Below are positions 16,501 through 31,500 of a stretch of 64,000 nt of DNA, piece by piece. Source of the stretch: Antedon mediterranea. Its lineage: Eukaryota; Animalia; Echinodermata. The first letter of the stretch is position 1, and every line of letters begins with the position of its first letter. The notes under the pieces are model-generated. The model was not told where the DNA came from and did no database searches. It saw nothing but the letters and a program-made list of their open reading frames with translations. The DNA lies in contig NC_092672.1 in the NCBI RefSeq assembly GCF_964355755.1, positions 22,829,237 to 22,893,236 of the forward strand. The letters run 5' to 3'. Position numbers and translations under genes: made by a program.

Positions 16501-19500
16501 TTTTTACACTTTAGGGGGTCAGAGAGTCACTTGATAGTGTTTTGTTTCACTTTTTGACGATCCCGTCTACCCCCTGAAGTGCTCTGTACCTTGTGATTTT
16601 TATTATTTATAAAAGACGAAATAAATTAAATGCATAGATTATAAATAATTACAATATTGTTTATCATGTGGATGGACGATTGTGTTTATAACCCTTTGAT
16701 TAACCCCACACCTCATAGGATACATACAGTACAAAACAATTACCGCCTAGACTCTGCTTCTACAGATCATTTATTGAGACTATTCAGGCCACTGGTTCCT
16801 TCTAAGCATGCACAATACAATTGTGTCATCATCTCCATTGAATCCTTTGCTTACAAGTAATCAAAGTGGTGGTGAAGCAGGTTGATTTGACAGGTTTCCG
16901 TGTTATTTCATTGCCCCTTGCTTAGTCTCAGTAATATTTATTAGTATGTTAACACAACTTCTGTAACACAAGGCAAACTAGTGCTGGTCTATTGATACTA
17001 ACACTAAGAAATCTTCTGACAGACCTAGAGCTATAGTTTATATCCATTGTTAATCTAATTTGTTTTAATTCTGAATTGTTTGACTTGGCATAACCATCTG
17101 GTATGCAAATAACCATCTGGTATGCAAATAACCATCTGGTATGCAAACACAATAATCAAAGGCAGTGTCCTCATTATCACATTACCTGTACAAATTGTTG
17201 TACTTTATTAAAAGGAATTTAAAAGAGAAATAAATGTTACCTTTGAGTTTGATTTTTAAATTACAGTATAACAAAGTTTACTAAAAATAGAGTATGACTC
17301 TGAGAATAAGAACATGATATTTGGTATGATAATTATCTATATTATGTGAAATATAATAATCTCTATGTGCTTAATAATTTCAGAATAAAAGAACACCTTT
17401 GTCTTATGCTGCCCAATTTGGTCACAGCAGCACATGTATGTGCCTGATTGAGGCAGGAGCAGATGTGAATGTTGCAGACAAGGTAAGTCATGCACACTTG
17501 TATTTAAGTGTCTCAAGTAATTGTATAATTTTAACAAAATATTTAACTTTTTTTTCCAATTTAAACATTTTAGATAAATTTTTCATAAAATCTACAAATT
17601 GGAGTAGTAAAGATCTTTAATGTAATATTATTGTTATTAAATATAATTGTGGCACATTTTAACAAATTCCCGCATATAATTACTGTAGATAAAACCTGTT
17701 TAAATTACATTTGCTCATAAGAGCATTATCGTTCTACGGAATGTGCATTGAAAGCTTTGGTCTTTGCTCTATCGTCCTTCTCTACCCCATCGCTTGTAGT
17801 ATAATATCACACAACCCGGTCTTTGTTAAATATAAAGGCATCCATGTATTCTAATTCATATTATATTTACCTGTTTCAAATGAAAAAATGGATAAGCTAG
17901 ATTGTTTTAAATTTAAAGAAATGCAGAGAATAATTTGCAAGCATATAATTATATTTGAACATAATAAACAACTATCTAAAAGGTAGTCTTCTTTATTGTA
18001 CCTTTTTAATATCCTAGATGTGGGTAAAGTACTTTAGAAGAATCCTTTCTCACTTCTCATCTGTTGTGCTGGCATACATATCTTATTTGTTTTATTCTTT
18101 GACTTCATTTATATATTATCTTTCATTTATGTAATTGTGAAACATTCTAAGCATGCCATTATTTTAAAATATTTTCTTATCTTATTTTATGCAATGTTAT
18201 TATATTCTTCAATTTTCAACAGCAGCTAGCTATTTAAAAAGAAAGAAAGTTGATTGAATATAATTGTATGTAAATTTTTAAGAAAATTCAGTCGATGATC
18301 ACTGTTTAAAAAAAAAATATAAAATAAGAAATATTTAATGCAGTATTTAAAATGAATTAATGAAAACAATTATGCATTTCTTCAATGGCCGCAAATGGTA
18401 ACTGTCTGCAGGCATTTTAATTTATTTTAAAGTCAGGTTTTTCAAAATTTACCCAACTTTGTCAATAAAATGATCCAATATTGGGAAATAAGTAAATAAT
18501 ATTCTAATTTTAGCTATTAATTATGTGAAAATTATTAAATTTGAGACCTCTAATCAGTCTCATACTTAGTAGATTTATTAAAACTAAAGACAAGGGTTGA
18601 CATGATGATTTGTTTGTTGCTAGAGGATAACAGTGTATTACTATCAGCAAGTTAAAAGAAAAAATAATGTTCCTCAAATTTTCTAGACTATAAAACATGT
18701 CCTACTATAACAATTTGTCATGATCCATTTTAAATTTGAGTGCTAAATAAAACAATTGTCTGCTAAATCTAAAACTTAGTTTTCTTTATCTTTCTGATTT
18801 GACAGTAAAACAAATGTAATGTCATTGCAAACCCTTGTTTATATCACCATGGTTAAGGACAGTTTTAAAGAAAACTGAATAGGCTAAATTGTTTTTGTTA
18901 TGTTCCATGTCCAGGATTTGAAATTTGTATTTTTTATTTGAGAAATATGTGAAAGATGGTGTTACAGTTCAGTTGTGTTACATACCTTAGAGTGTGTAAT
19001 AAATGCTTTATTTTTATTTTTTTTATTACCATTAAAATACAATGTAGCTAATAGATTAAAAAGCCATCCATCTCAAAATTTGCTTATAAAGGAAATGTGA
19101 AACTAATTATTACATTTTTTCTTTATTTATTTTATCTTTCATATGTTATTACTCTATGATTTATATATACTACAGCTTGTGTATCTGTCAGTGTTCTTTC
19201 TTCTTTTTTTAATTAAAAAATGCCCTTTTGCAGCAATGTCAAATGATCAAAGCTAAACATAATTGTAAAAAATAATAATTATTCTTAATTACAAACTTTC
19301 TTATTTACAAATGCCGGTAAAATCATAACTAAGTTTGTTTACACTTGATATACTTACTTTCTGCAATGTAAATTATAATATTTTTAAAAAGTACTATGTT
19401 ATTTCAAAATTACATGGATCAATAAAGTTATTGATTAATCATTAATACTCCTCACACTTTTTTAAAATTTTATTAATCAAATACTGTAATTTAATAATAT

Positions 19501-22500
19501 TGATAATGTGCCAAATTGTTAAGTTAAATTGAGATTTGCTATTCTCTTAAAAACAAAAAACCAATATATTCTTAGGCTAAATCTTACATAATTTATTTTA
19601 AATTGTATTTTTAAGTGTATATTGTCATTATTACAGTTATGATCATACTTCAGTTTAAAATAATTTCCATTACACAATTCTATAAGAGAAGGAGCACAAT
19701 ACATGCAATAGCTTTCTTTAACTTACCAGTATTTTCAGTTAATTCATTGCAAATATATCCTGCATTAATATCATTGCAATTATTATACTACTATATAATT
19801 TGTATTCAAGCAAATTATGTAGTTAGACAGGGGTAATAATGTCAGCTGCATTACATCAAATCAAGAAATTTTAATACAATTACACTGCTAGAAACAATGG
19901 TCAATCCAATTGTGGTCCCAATATGTCCTTCATAAAGAATGGGAAAATAATAATAATAATGGATAAATAAATGACAAATATTGTTTATTATTATTATAAC
20001 TTTAAAATCATAGCACATGGGCAGTACTCACCAATTTTCATATTTGTTGCTCATACCAAAATGTAAAACCATTAATGCTAGAGAATTTATTTGTTACAGA
20101 CTTATGGCAAAATCAGCATTGTATTAAACTATCGCATGGAAGTTTTCAAATAATATATACTATGGCCCTGTTTCTTCTGCAAAGAATATACACACTGTAT
20201 ATTATTTTATATGGTATTTTTTGTGGCAGCAGAAATGGGTCTCATAAAAAATATACTGTATAAATATACCGTATAATCTTGATCATTATCGATATCGTTA
20301 TCTCTGACATTTTATCATACTGTATATTTCTTGCACCTTTCTGCTGCGTCATGAATATACCATCTATATTGTTCACCCATAACACAAGGTTTGTTGAGCA
20401 TACCCTACTTAGAACAATTACTAAAATGTCACAGTGGACTGAAAATCTTAAGATATTTGCTCTATTTAAATGTGATAGAACCGAGGTTTCAGGGTAATAG
20501 GAGATGTGGGGTTTGGTTGTCGTCAAAACAAGTGAATAGTAAGCAGTACAAAACAGCAATGGACAATGACTGAAAGTTCGGTAGACACGGGGTTATCCGG
20601 TCCCATATGGGATTTTACGGGATCGAACCATAGCTATCTATTCCTCAATCCATATAATCCCACAAAGTAGTTTTCAAAGGAAACGGGTCACCGAATTATA
20701 ATTCTAATATATTATTACGTTATGTTTATGCCGTACATATTGTAGCAGAAACAGGGCCTATCTTACATTAATGGCTCATTGGGATGACTAAAGGTTGGTA
20801 TTAATAGTAATACCTAAGGGTAGACTCACAGCGTTAGGTTTGTTATCCAACACAAGGTAATCCTCTCTTGCTAGGGTTCCTATTAACGCAAATGGCGAGG
20901 CGTAACAGCTTCCTAACGGTAATCTGCAGCTTAGTTCACATACAAAAGTATGTACACTGCTTACATAACGCCACCGTGAGTCTGAACATACCCTAAGACA
21001 CTGAACAGTACTATGTTTAAAAATAAAGGTGATTAATCAAAGGCTGATAACTCCTCCACATAAAACTCCTAGAAAGTAGGAAGCCTTTTGTCCTCTTCCC
21101 TGACTGACTGAGCATATGATCTCTCTATTAATAATTTATATTGTAAACCTTATTATGTAAACAGAAATATCAATGAAAATTCTTCTTCACTAAAAAGTTT
21201 TTAAAGATATGCTACATTATTAGCAATTTACACCTAAATCCAGCCCTCAGTCTTAACCCTTTTCCAACATGCAATTTTTTTTTTGAGGATATAATTCACT
21301 ACATTATTAGCAAATTACCCCCTAAATCCACCCTTTTCCAACATGGCTGTTGAAAAAGTGTGTCATCCATTGGAATAGTTTTATTGCCAGTATTGTATGT
21401 CTGTGGATTTTCCATCTGAATTGACATAGCAGCAATCAATCATTGTGCCACTTATGAATTTCATGTGTGAGAGCATTTCCGGCCATCTAGAGGTGTCATT
21501 TAACAAAATTTGCTTTAAATCCCGCTCCCTTTTCAGATCCTGGCTAAGGCCCTGGACATTTGGGCAATCCCCTTACGATAGTCCTGCTACCGCCCCTGTA
21601 AATAATTCTAAGCAGGTGAAACAAAATACTGATTATTGATTATTTGAAAGTGGATAATTTAAAAACATAAAATATGTTGGTATCACATGGATGACACACA
21701 CACAGAGTGATATATCACTTTGTTAGTTTTTCTGTCTTGTGCTGCTATCTGTATCATGGTATTCAAGCTTTAAAGTTTAAAAAAATTAAGATAAAATGAG
21801 TTGAATATTTATTATTGAAATGAGTAATTATTATTCAATTACATAATAAAAAATTAGTTTTGATAGCTGAATTCAATTAGCTTGGTGTTTATGAACATTA
21901 CTATTACTACATTAATACATAACTTGCTTGCTCATCTTGATTGTGCTAAATACTTATGCTAGGGTTTTATTTCTAGATTTTTCGTCCTCTTTTAATTCTA
22001 TACAATCAAGTATTTTAATGAAATCAGTAAAACAGCTTAAAGAATAATAGGAACTAAAGAGAACACTAAAGATATTGTTAAAAGTGTAAAAAGTAATTAT
22101 GTCGGATGAGTATCACCCTTCCTCACCATTATCTTGTCTTTAGTAAGTCAGGGCGTTTAATAATTGTTGGTGTTCCACTTTAGTGCTTTTTGACAATTAG
22201 GCTTAAATATAGTTGTTACTGTGTGCAAAACAATATCAGTTTTTTGTGGCAACAGTGTACAGTTATATGCTCTAATTTAAAATATAATCTTTAATGTGTA
22301 TTATTATCAATACATAATGCTATACATTATGTTTTTTCACGCTATGGTCATAAATTTCCATTTGAAACACAGTATTTAATCAATAGTATGTTATTTTGTA
22401 GGGTTTTAATAAAGTTACTGTAATTACTTCCGTAGAAAAAAAATGGTGTTTTCACTTATAAAATGACAAATAAATGGTTAAATTCAACAAAAACCCATTG

Positions 22501-25500
22501 GCTGGCAGCCAATTTGAACATTTTTTCTTTAAATTATTTATTTTGAAAATTTTTTTTCAGGGGCCATTGCATTTTAACAAAAAAACTTCAAAAACAAAAA
22601 AAATTTCACAAAGCTTCAATTGTTCTTACATGATTTTGTATTTTAAAAGCGCAATTTTTTAAACAAGTCACTTAAATGCCCTATGATCCCTGTGTATTAT
22701 AATGATCAAAGATGCTAGTTGTACTGAATATTTTAGTATGATTTATTCATCATTTTTAGTAATGCATTTTGCCATACTCTCTTTTATTGTCAACACACTA
22801 CCAACTCCGTCCACCACCTCCTCCTCATTAAATAATGAAGAGCAATGATATTAAAGGATGTAACATATTAGACCCATTTTTAGTTTGTAATTATTTTTTC
22901 CATAATACATTACAACGGCCTATACATTTTATATTACACAGTGCCCTCGCTCATCATTTATTTTACTTAAATTCTGTTTATATTGTTAGCACTTTCAGTA
23001 CCAGTGTACTGTTCAATAAAAACCCAAAAATATGTACAAAATTTTATTTAATTTAATTTTTTTAGACCTTTTTTACAAAACAACTTTATTGAAATAGCAT
23101 TTAAATAAAAAAAAACTATTACCAGCATTAAACTAGATGATGATTTCAATTCATTATTCGGTCTATTTCAGTATATCCAAAAAAAATAAAATTGGGGAGA
23201 CCAGGGTCAACCTAAGTGAACTTAATCACTGAGACTCTAAGCTCACTATGTCGGTCGGTAGGTCGGTCGGTAAACACTAACTCAAATTTGCACACGTGAC
23301 TAAAGCCATGTATACGGCCTTGTTAATCATCTATTTAAATAATAATAAATACAACATAGTATAAAACTGACTCCAAATAACAATGATTCAACGTTTCAAA
23401 CTTTATTTGATCATCATCAGGAATGATGATAAAATGTATTATTACTGGTCCTCAAGTTTAACTGGAAACTGAGGAAATTCGGATTAGGCCCTCCACGGAC
23501 CCACTGCAGCCAGCAGTGCAGCGCCTACCAGATCAGCACACCGGGAGACGATCCCCTACTCTTTTCGAATAGTGTACCAAGTTCTTTAGCGTGCACTGTT
23601 AAGTACACGGGACCAACGGCTTTACGTCCCATCCGAAGGACGAGGCAATGAGAGTAAAGCATCTTGCCTAAGGATGCAATTAGTATGGTACAGATAACCT
23701 CGAACCCATGCCTATCACATGCTAGTTCGATATTACCTTTCCACCATCACTCTCTGGTGTATATACAGCACCCGCCGCTATTTCTAGACGGTCTCCCATC
23801 CAGAACGCAACCGGGCCCAACGTTGCTTAACTTCGGTGATCTGACGAGAACCGGTGTTTCAACGCAGTATGGCCGTATAATTTGCACACCTGACTAAAGT
23901 CATGTATACGGCCTTGTTAATCATCTATTTAAATAATATTTACAACATAGTATAAAACTGACTCCAAATAACAATGATTCAACGTTTCAAACTTTATTTG
24001 ATCATCATCAGGAATGATGATAAAATGTAAGCATTATTGTTATTATTATGGAATGCTTTATTAAATAGGTAACAGCAGTGAGCACCAGTGCTTTGCACAG
24101 TCTGTAGTATAATTAAAATTATTCCATCTTCTATCATTGTTATATTTATTCATCTTCTTCTTCATTATAAGACAATAACAAACAAACTCGTTTAAATATA
24201 AATCTACCCACTGTAATGTTGGTGTTGCTACAGTTGTTCATACTTTAGAACAATGACAGATTATCAATGCTTACTTTATAGCATTCATTCAAGTATAAGC
24301 AATAATGTCAACAGTATACTATTTGAAAATCACAAGACAAAAAGATCAACTTTATTATTATGATTTTGTAAAGCTTAATATTTGTTAACATACTGTTCAT
24401 TCTTTTAAATTCAAACTTTATTTATCCACAAAATATCAAAGATTAAAAATAAACTTGTTTCAAAAATGAAAAATTTTAAAACAGTGATCGTGCCTTTAGT
24501 TGCATGGTCATTGACACTATTTTAACTAAAATAACTAACTAAATTTAAAGTTTAGTTAGCAAAGTTCAAAAGGATGAATTAAAACACCTAATAAAATCCT
24601 TAAAAAGAGGCTACGAGGATGCTTGTTTTTCTTGTCTTACCATTATTGAATAAATGTTATTGAATTGAAATTAAATTGAATTGAATTAACAGCCACCACA
24701 TATTATAATATACATTAATGACAAAATATGATGTTTTAATTAAGTTTAACTAAAAATGAAAAACTACAATGTGTATTCCCTTTGCGTACTGATCAGCCAT
24801 TTTTTATTGTTGCAAGGTTTCAAAATGATGCAATGAACTTTACTCCGTCCATTGGATTGAATGTTAAATCGACCAAATATAAGTCCTGATAATGAACAGA
24901 ACAGAGTATGCTCAGTATAATGTGCATTAAGCATGCGCAGATTAATATTTTGTGTAGATTACCGTGATCCTTTCATCTACCGTCCACCTTTGTCTACCGT
25001 CCTGTCATAAAGTCACTAGTAGGTTTTATTGTAAATTAACAGCAACAGCTATACTAAATAGTAGTACTAATCATTGTCAGTATTTTCATGTTATTGTTAA
25101 TTAATAGTCAACAGATACCTCTTAGAATCAGTCATCATCCACCCTTGAACAAAAATTTGGGACTTTTAAATTGTTTTTCTTTGCATCATATATATTCATT
25201 TATGACTGACAATTTTATACTTATAGTTTCATTCTACTGTAAAACAATAATACTCTCATTGTCATTACATTCAGCCTCTTACATTAACATTCAAATTAAT
25301 TCAGAATAAATACATTTGAATGATGAAGCCTAAAAAAACCAGAATAACTAAAATACAAATAAATTGGTATATTTCTATACTATTGTACCTTATAACACAA
25401 GAATCTCCTGTTCGTTCGAAGCGCGTAACAATTTCGAAAGGCATTGTGAGATAGAATAGAGCTAATGGGCGCCCTCATCTAATTAAAAAGTCAAAATCAT

Positions 25501-28500
25501 AGAGGGGATCTGCTAATACTATAGAAGGGATAGAGTAATTGACTGAGCCCTCTATAGGAATTAATAGTTTTGACTTCCTAGTTTGGAGGGGGCGCTGCTC
25601 CATGCTGTGAAATGGCATCGCCCAGTTTGACCTTTTAACCCTGTACTTCCGATACTGTATTTTGAATGCAAATTGAAGAACAGGAGATTCTTTTGTTATA
25701 AGTTCTTTGCTTTGATGGAGATGATGATACATAAAACTGTTATAAAGCCTATCAAACATACAGTAGTAAGTCAACCAGAAATAAAACTTGGTTTACTAAA
25801 GCTTTGGTTGTCAACACAATGTAGGCGCTGCGCAAGTGAGTTGACCAATAACAAGCAACAGTTCGGATAATCCATAACATTGTGATTGGTCAATTTGCTT
25901 GATTTAATTCACACAAAAATTGGATAGACTACAGACAAATGGACAGACTAAATGTTGGGACAAACAAACTTATTACATGCAATTATTACTCAGTAATCAC
26001 CTCTGTAGTCCCATGGGTTTTCTTTTAAATAGTTATTGATTACAGTGCCTTAAAATATTCTTTAAATAATAATTGTGTAAATGAATTTGACCAGAACCTT
26101 TACCATGCCAATCCATATCAATACTTTGAGTTACAATTGTAGATAATATATTGATATTCATGTGTAGCTATACACTAGGCTTCATTATCTTAAGATTATT
26201 AGAGTATGCGTAACAGCAGTTGACCATATGCACTGTTTATATTTTGTGTGGTGAAACGAGTACAGGGGTAGGCCTATAGCTACAGCAGTATCTATAAATT
26301 ATGGTTAATTCTGACATAGGCGAGCACAATGCAAAAACTTCGGTACAAATCTCCGCCTTGGATACCTACCTTATCTATCTGAGAGGTACCGCGAAACGTA
26401 GATTTGATAACATTAGTGTTCACAGCGACGCTATTGTTCCATATTTCTATCTTAGGAAGATGTTATAATGTTAGAATGGTCATATCAGTAGTATTTTGAT
26501 TATTTATACTACTATAACAATATATGTTCACATTTTGTAGTAATACACTACCAACATGTATAGATAGTATTTACAATACCCATCTGAATAATTATACTAC
26601 ACCTTAATCTGAATACCTTATCCAACCTGAATACAGCATTTATACAGCGAATACTGTTTTGTAGTTTCATTCCATAAAACCATAATTTAACATCAAATAA
26701 ATAGTCATAAAATTAAAATTAAATCTTCTTTATTTTAATAGATTCATCTCTTTGTTTTCTTTTGAAAAAGATTTTAATACACCAAAAAAAAAAAAAAAAA
26801 ATAAATAAATAAACATCTACCCTGTATGTGATGATACACATGGGGTCAAATCATTTTTCTATTCGACCTATTCGCTAGGACAGAATAATCTGGATTTTTT
26901 TTTTTACATTAATCCAAGTTAATCAACTACCACACTTTATTTCAAAAGATAACATTTTTTAGCATAATTATTTTTTTTGTAAAATGGCTGCATAATAGTT
27001 ATCCACACCTTGGAGGATAACTCCTTGTGATTGTATAAAATGATCATCAACTTTTTTTATCTGTATTATTCTTCTTTCATTCCACATTTCATAACTTTGT
27101 AAAGTTTTGTGCACCTACTATTTTTTAAAAACGTCAGAGTTGCGCAACATGACTTTCGCCCGATTTTATGAATTTAAATGATTGATCATAGATCAAAAAA
27201 CCAAACGTCATTTTGTATTGACACTTTTTTAATTTAAGTCATATCAAGAGTCAACTTTCTATGGATTGAAAATGGCATGTTTCACAAAGTTACGCGCACA
27301 AGATTTCTTACAACCAACACCTGCACTTGCTGTAACTTAATGCGTATTCTCGGTTTGTGAACTTAATTCTCTTGAATTTTTCATTATAAACCTTTAAAGA
27401 ATTGAAAAGTCAATTAAACCATATCTAATTTTATTTTAATGACTTACTGATTTTGATTTTAAATGCATTATGGCTACTCATACATGCTGATTGCATTCTT
27501 AACCCTATTTCACATTGACTATTCTTTTTATTGTACAAGTTACTAAATGTTTTAGTTTACTTAATTCACTTCCCACAACCTTAATCAATAATCACCTTTA
27601 CAAATTTCAATATAAATTTACCTCCTGGTTCATCTTGTTTTTCATCACTGTTTTATGTATGTTTACGTTTTTTCCCCTTGTACTCTATACGCACAAACAT
27701 ACTTTACCTATTATATTATTCTTAATGTATATATAGTATAAGCCCTTAGAGTAATTTATAATTCTTCCGTAAGCTTCCTAATTACATGTAAAAATAATAA
27801 AAGAGTCACATTTTGTATCTTATTTGTTTTGTGTATTTCAGTTATTTTTTTGTACTGTACGGTAATTATTAATTTAAATAATAATATTTATTATTTGCAT
27901 ATCTACGGACGTACCATCATTTTCAAAATTCTTTTCAATTCAATATGTTCTATCAATACTTTGGAATTCATAAATAAAGTGTACTTGCTTTTTGAACTTC
28001 AGATTAAGGACGATACCTAAACTTACAAGTGTATTTAAAATATACAGTAGTGTAAAATATTCTGTATTTATTTTTGTTACAATGAATGTTACTGACCGCA
28101 AACATTCATGCATAGCCTACTTATAATAAGCATTTAGCCTACCAGACGTATATGTTGAACTTTCTTTCAATCCTTTTGTAGTGAATATTTATCTTAGTTG
28201 GTTCGGAGCTTTCTCAGGCGTATATCCACTCGACGTACACTGCTGTCACTGAATGATAACTCATACAAAAAGTATATTTAACTCAACTAGAACTTTTATT
28301 CCTTGTAATTCGATTAATACATCTTTCTACCACTACCAGTCAAGCCTTAATATATTCTTTATCATCTTTCTGTTTATCTACTCTGATCTTATTCTCTCTT
28401 CTCCCCTAATATCTATTACATTCCACTTTTATACTGGACATGCAAATTTTAGGCTTCAGAGGAGGATAACATTTTCTCTACAAAATGTATACGATTTTGA

Positions 28501-31500
28501 TTGGCTAATAATATAAGGTGGACCTGGTCTAAAGCATCCTTCTCTAAACACAGAGAATCACAACATCAATAATATGACACCTTTGTATATCAATGGATTA
28601 AAACATAGAAAATGAGACTTCAATTGCAACTCTTGCATATAAGTTTAACTACGTCAACGTCGGTGAGGTTGAAATCTGTTTGTCAGTGGGTCTCACACCC
28701 AGCAAAGACGGGTACAGGTGCTAGTAATTTATATGATCAGATCATTTGATATCTGCTGCTTTAAAGTACAGTTTGATTTAATGTGATCACATCATTTCCC
28801 TATTATCATTTGATTTATAATTTTAGTTGTAGTTTTGTTGTTGTTGTCGTTGTGGTTTATATTTGTGAAACTAAACAAGATGAACGGATTAAAAAATAAA
28901 ACATCTTACAGTGTTTCTATATTGTGTAGTGAATATTTTTCATCAAGATCAAATATGCATAAATTAGAACTCAGAATTAGAATGCTCAGGATATTAATGA
29001 GTATCACTGAAATATTTATTAATAAATACAAATGTTGAATTGTGTTATCCTAATGTCTACTACCAACCTTCATTCAAAATCAATAATTTTTTTAGGTAGA
29101 TCAAGATCAAATATAGTTCTGACTTATTAATGGTCACATGCCAGTATAGTTTATTTGGCTTGCCAGTGATAATGACAAAATATTTATTATTTTGGTCTAC
29201 TATTACAGTAACACTTTTTATCAATTAATGATATAACATATCAGTGCAATGTCCACTATTGTATTTTAAAAAATTAACAAATATATATATATATATGTTG
29301 TTTTTTTTATATTGAAACTGAGAAAGGCATATATTCCTGATCTAAAATTATTTTCACTTCGGGATATTTTTGAAAATTATAATTTTCATAAAAAAATATT
29401 TAAAAAAGACATTGTATGTCCGAACATAGTATAAAAATGCACATGGTATAAATATATAATTTGTAAATGTGTCAGAAGTAGTATATTTACAAAAGTTAGT
29501 TAGTTTGTCAGTTTTTATGTCTGCTATAAAAGAGTTAGGAATAAAATTGTCATGTGACAGAATACCAATGTATCATTTTTTCTTTAATCAGTATTTTAAA
29601 ACCTGATGATTATGACCTCTTTCCAGGATGGAGACTCACCACTACATGCACATCTGGCTTATAGATATAAGGATCCTACATTAGAAATGGTGACCTGTCT
29701 CATAAATAAGGGGGCGTCAGTGACATCACAAAATAAGGTAATATACAGACAATTTTCAGAAATAATGTATGGCACAATCTTTCACCTACTCTAGTAAGTT
29801 ATTCTATTTTTTTTTTTTTTATATCTGGTTCATCATATAATTAATAATAATGATAATTAATTATTAAATTGTGTGGTTTTTTGTAGACCTATTTAAAAAC
29901 CATTCCTTCAAAGATGACAATATCTACAATCACAGCGATTTTAAACTGATAGGAAGATTGTGGGTTGTATAATTTATGGTGAGATTGGACCTATCGGATA
30001 TTTTGACATCATGAAGTAATGGTAGTGGGTTGAGATTATGTGCCCGTCCACACCCACCCATGCTTCATATAAGTTATTTAATAAGGGCGTGTAATCCTAA
30101 ACCTATGCTTCATTATTATACTCTGTAGCCATCTCTATTTCAATACTGATCTACCCATGCACACAGCTCGAATCTTAATTGAATGAAAGAAAGAATATTT
30201 TCCATAAATTTGTTATCCAATGAACCATATCATATTCTAACTTTGCTCAATTTTTCCCAAATTCAATCTGTTTCATAAGTAAATGTTATTTTTTTAACAG
30301 ATGTCAGGATTATTCTCAATTTGTAATTCAATCTAGAAATTGACATTGAAATCTGAATCATTCAGTTAAATAACTTATAAAGAGCAGACCTCCCAACTAT
30401 GCTGATAATGGCGAAAGCAATTTGGGATATACAGACAAATTTCCTGATATTTCTAATCTCTAAGACTAAGAGGAAAAAGAAAATATGCTAAATATCCGCA
30501 CAACGTTTGTAATAAATTCATGTATTGTTTAATAATTGAAATATTGTATTCTCCACCGTTTGGCATACCCATGTTTACTATTATAAATACCAAAACCTTT
30601 ACATTTTTAGTAGCGCCCTTTATGGTCTAATGTATTTTTCAAAATATTATGGCGCCCTGTATAGCTTGGACATGATTTCATAAAACCTCCCAATGTATCA
30701 TTTGATTTGTTGAGAGGTGACAAACTTATAACAGCCGATTAATATAAATTGAATAACAATGTATTTTACTTAAAATTAAGACACTACACATTAAACAATG
30801 ATTCGATGAAGATTGAAATGTTGAATCATGAATTCCCTAATATTATTGTTGTTTTTGGCGTCTTTTCCACACCCAACATTTCCAGAAAAAAGGGTGAATT
30901 TTTGGTCAAAAATCACTCAAGCGTGACTTGTGTTTTTCACATGGTAATACATGAAATTTGATCACTAAAATGCTTTAAATGTTGCCATTTGGGTATGAAA
31001 ACATAGGGTTTGCCACAAAAATTGTAATGAATGGACTATTAGGTTAGGATATGTGAAAACATGGGTTTTATATTTTATTTGTGATTGTGTTGGAAAGAGA
31101 TTAACATCGTTACCATTTTAAGATAGTTAAAACAAATTATTCTATCACATGTAAATTATGGAATAATTTTTAAGGATAAGATAAATACAGCATCACATTT
31201 CACATTTTCACATTTCTTCTGTGCCTGCCATCACAGAAAACCAATTTCACATTTTTATCTGTAAATTACTGTAGCATTGTAAACTTCATGATTATGATTT
31301 TTTTTTACCACAGAATGAAAACACTCCACTACATGAATACCTGATTAGAACCCCCAACCCTACTTCTGAAATAGTGAATTGTCTCATAAAGGTACAGTAT
31401 TAACATTGCCAACTAAGGTAATACAGACAATTGTAAGAAATAGCTTACAGAAACTAATGTAATGTAAGTATTTGAATAAACAAAATAATTAAAGCTTAAT

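Noticed and set aside
23764-23877. Functional 5S rRNA gene
   Set aside because: Substitutions and an insertion in the 3' half, no T-run terminator, and direct fusion to a SINE body.
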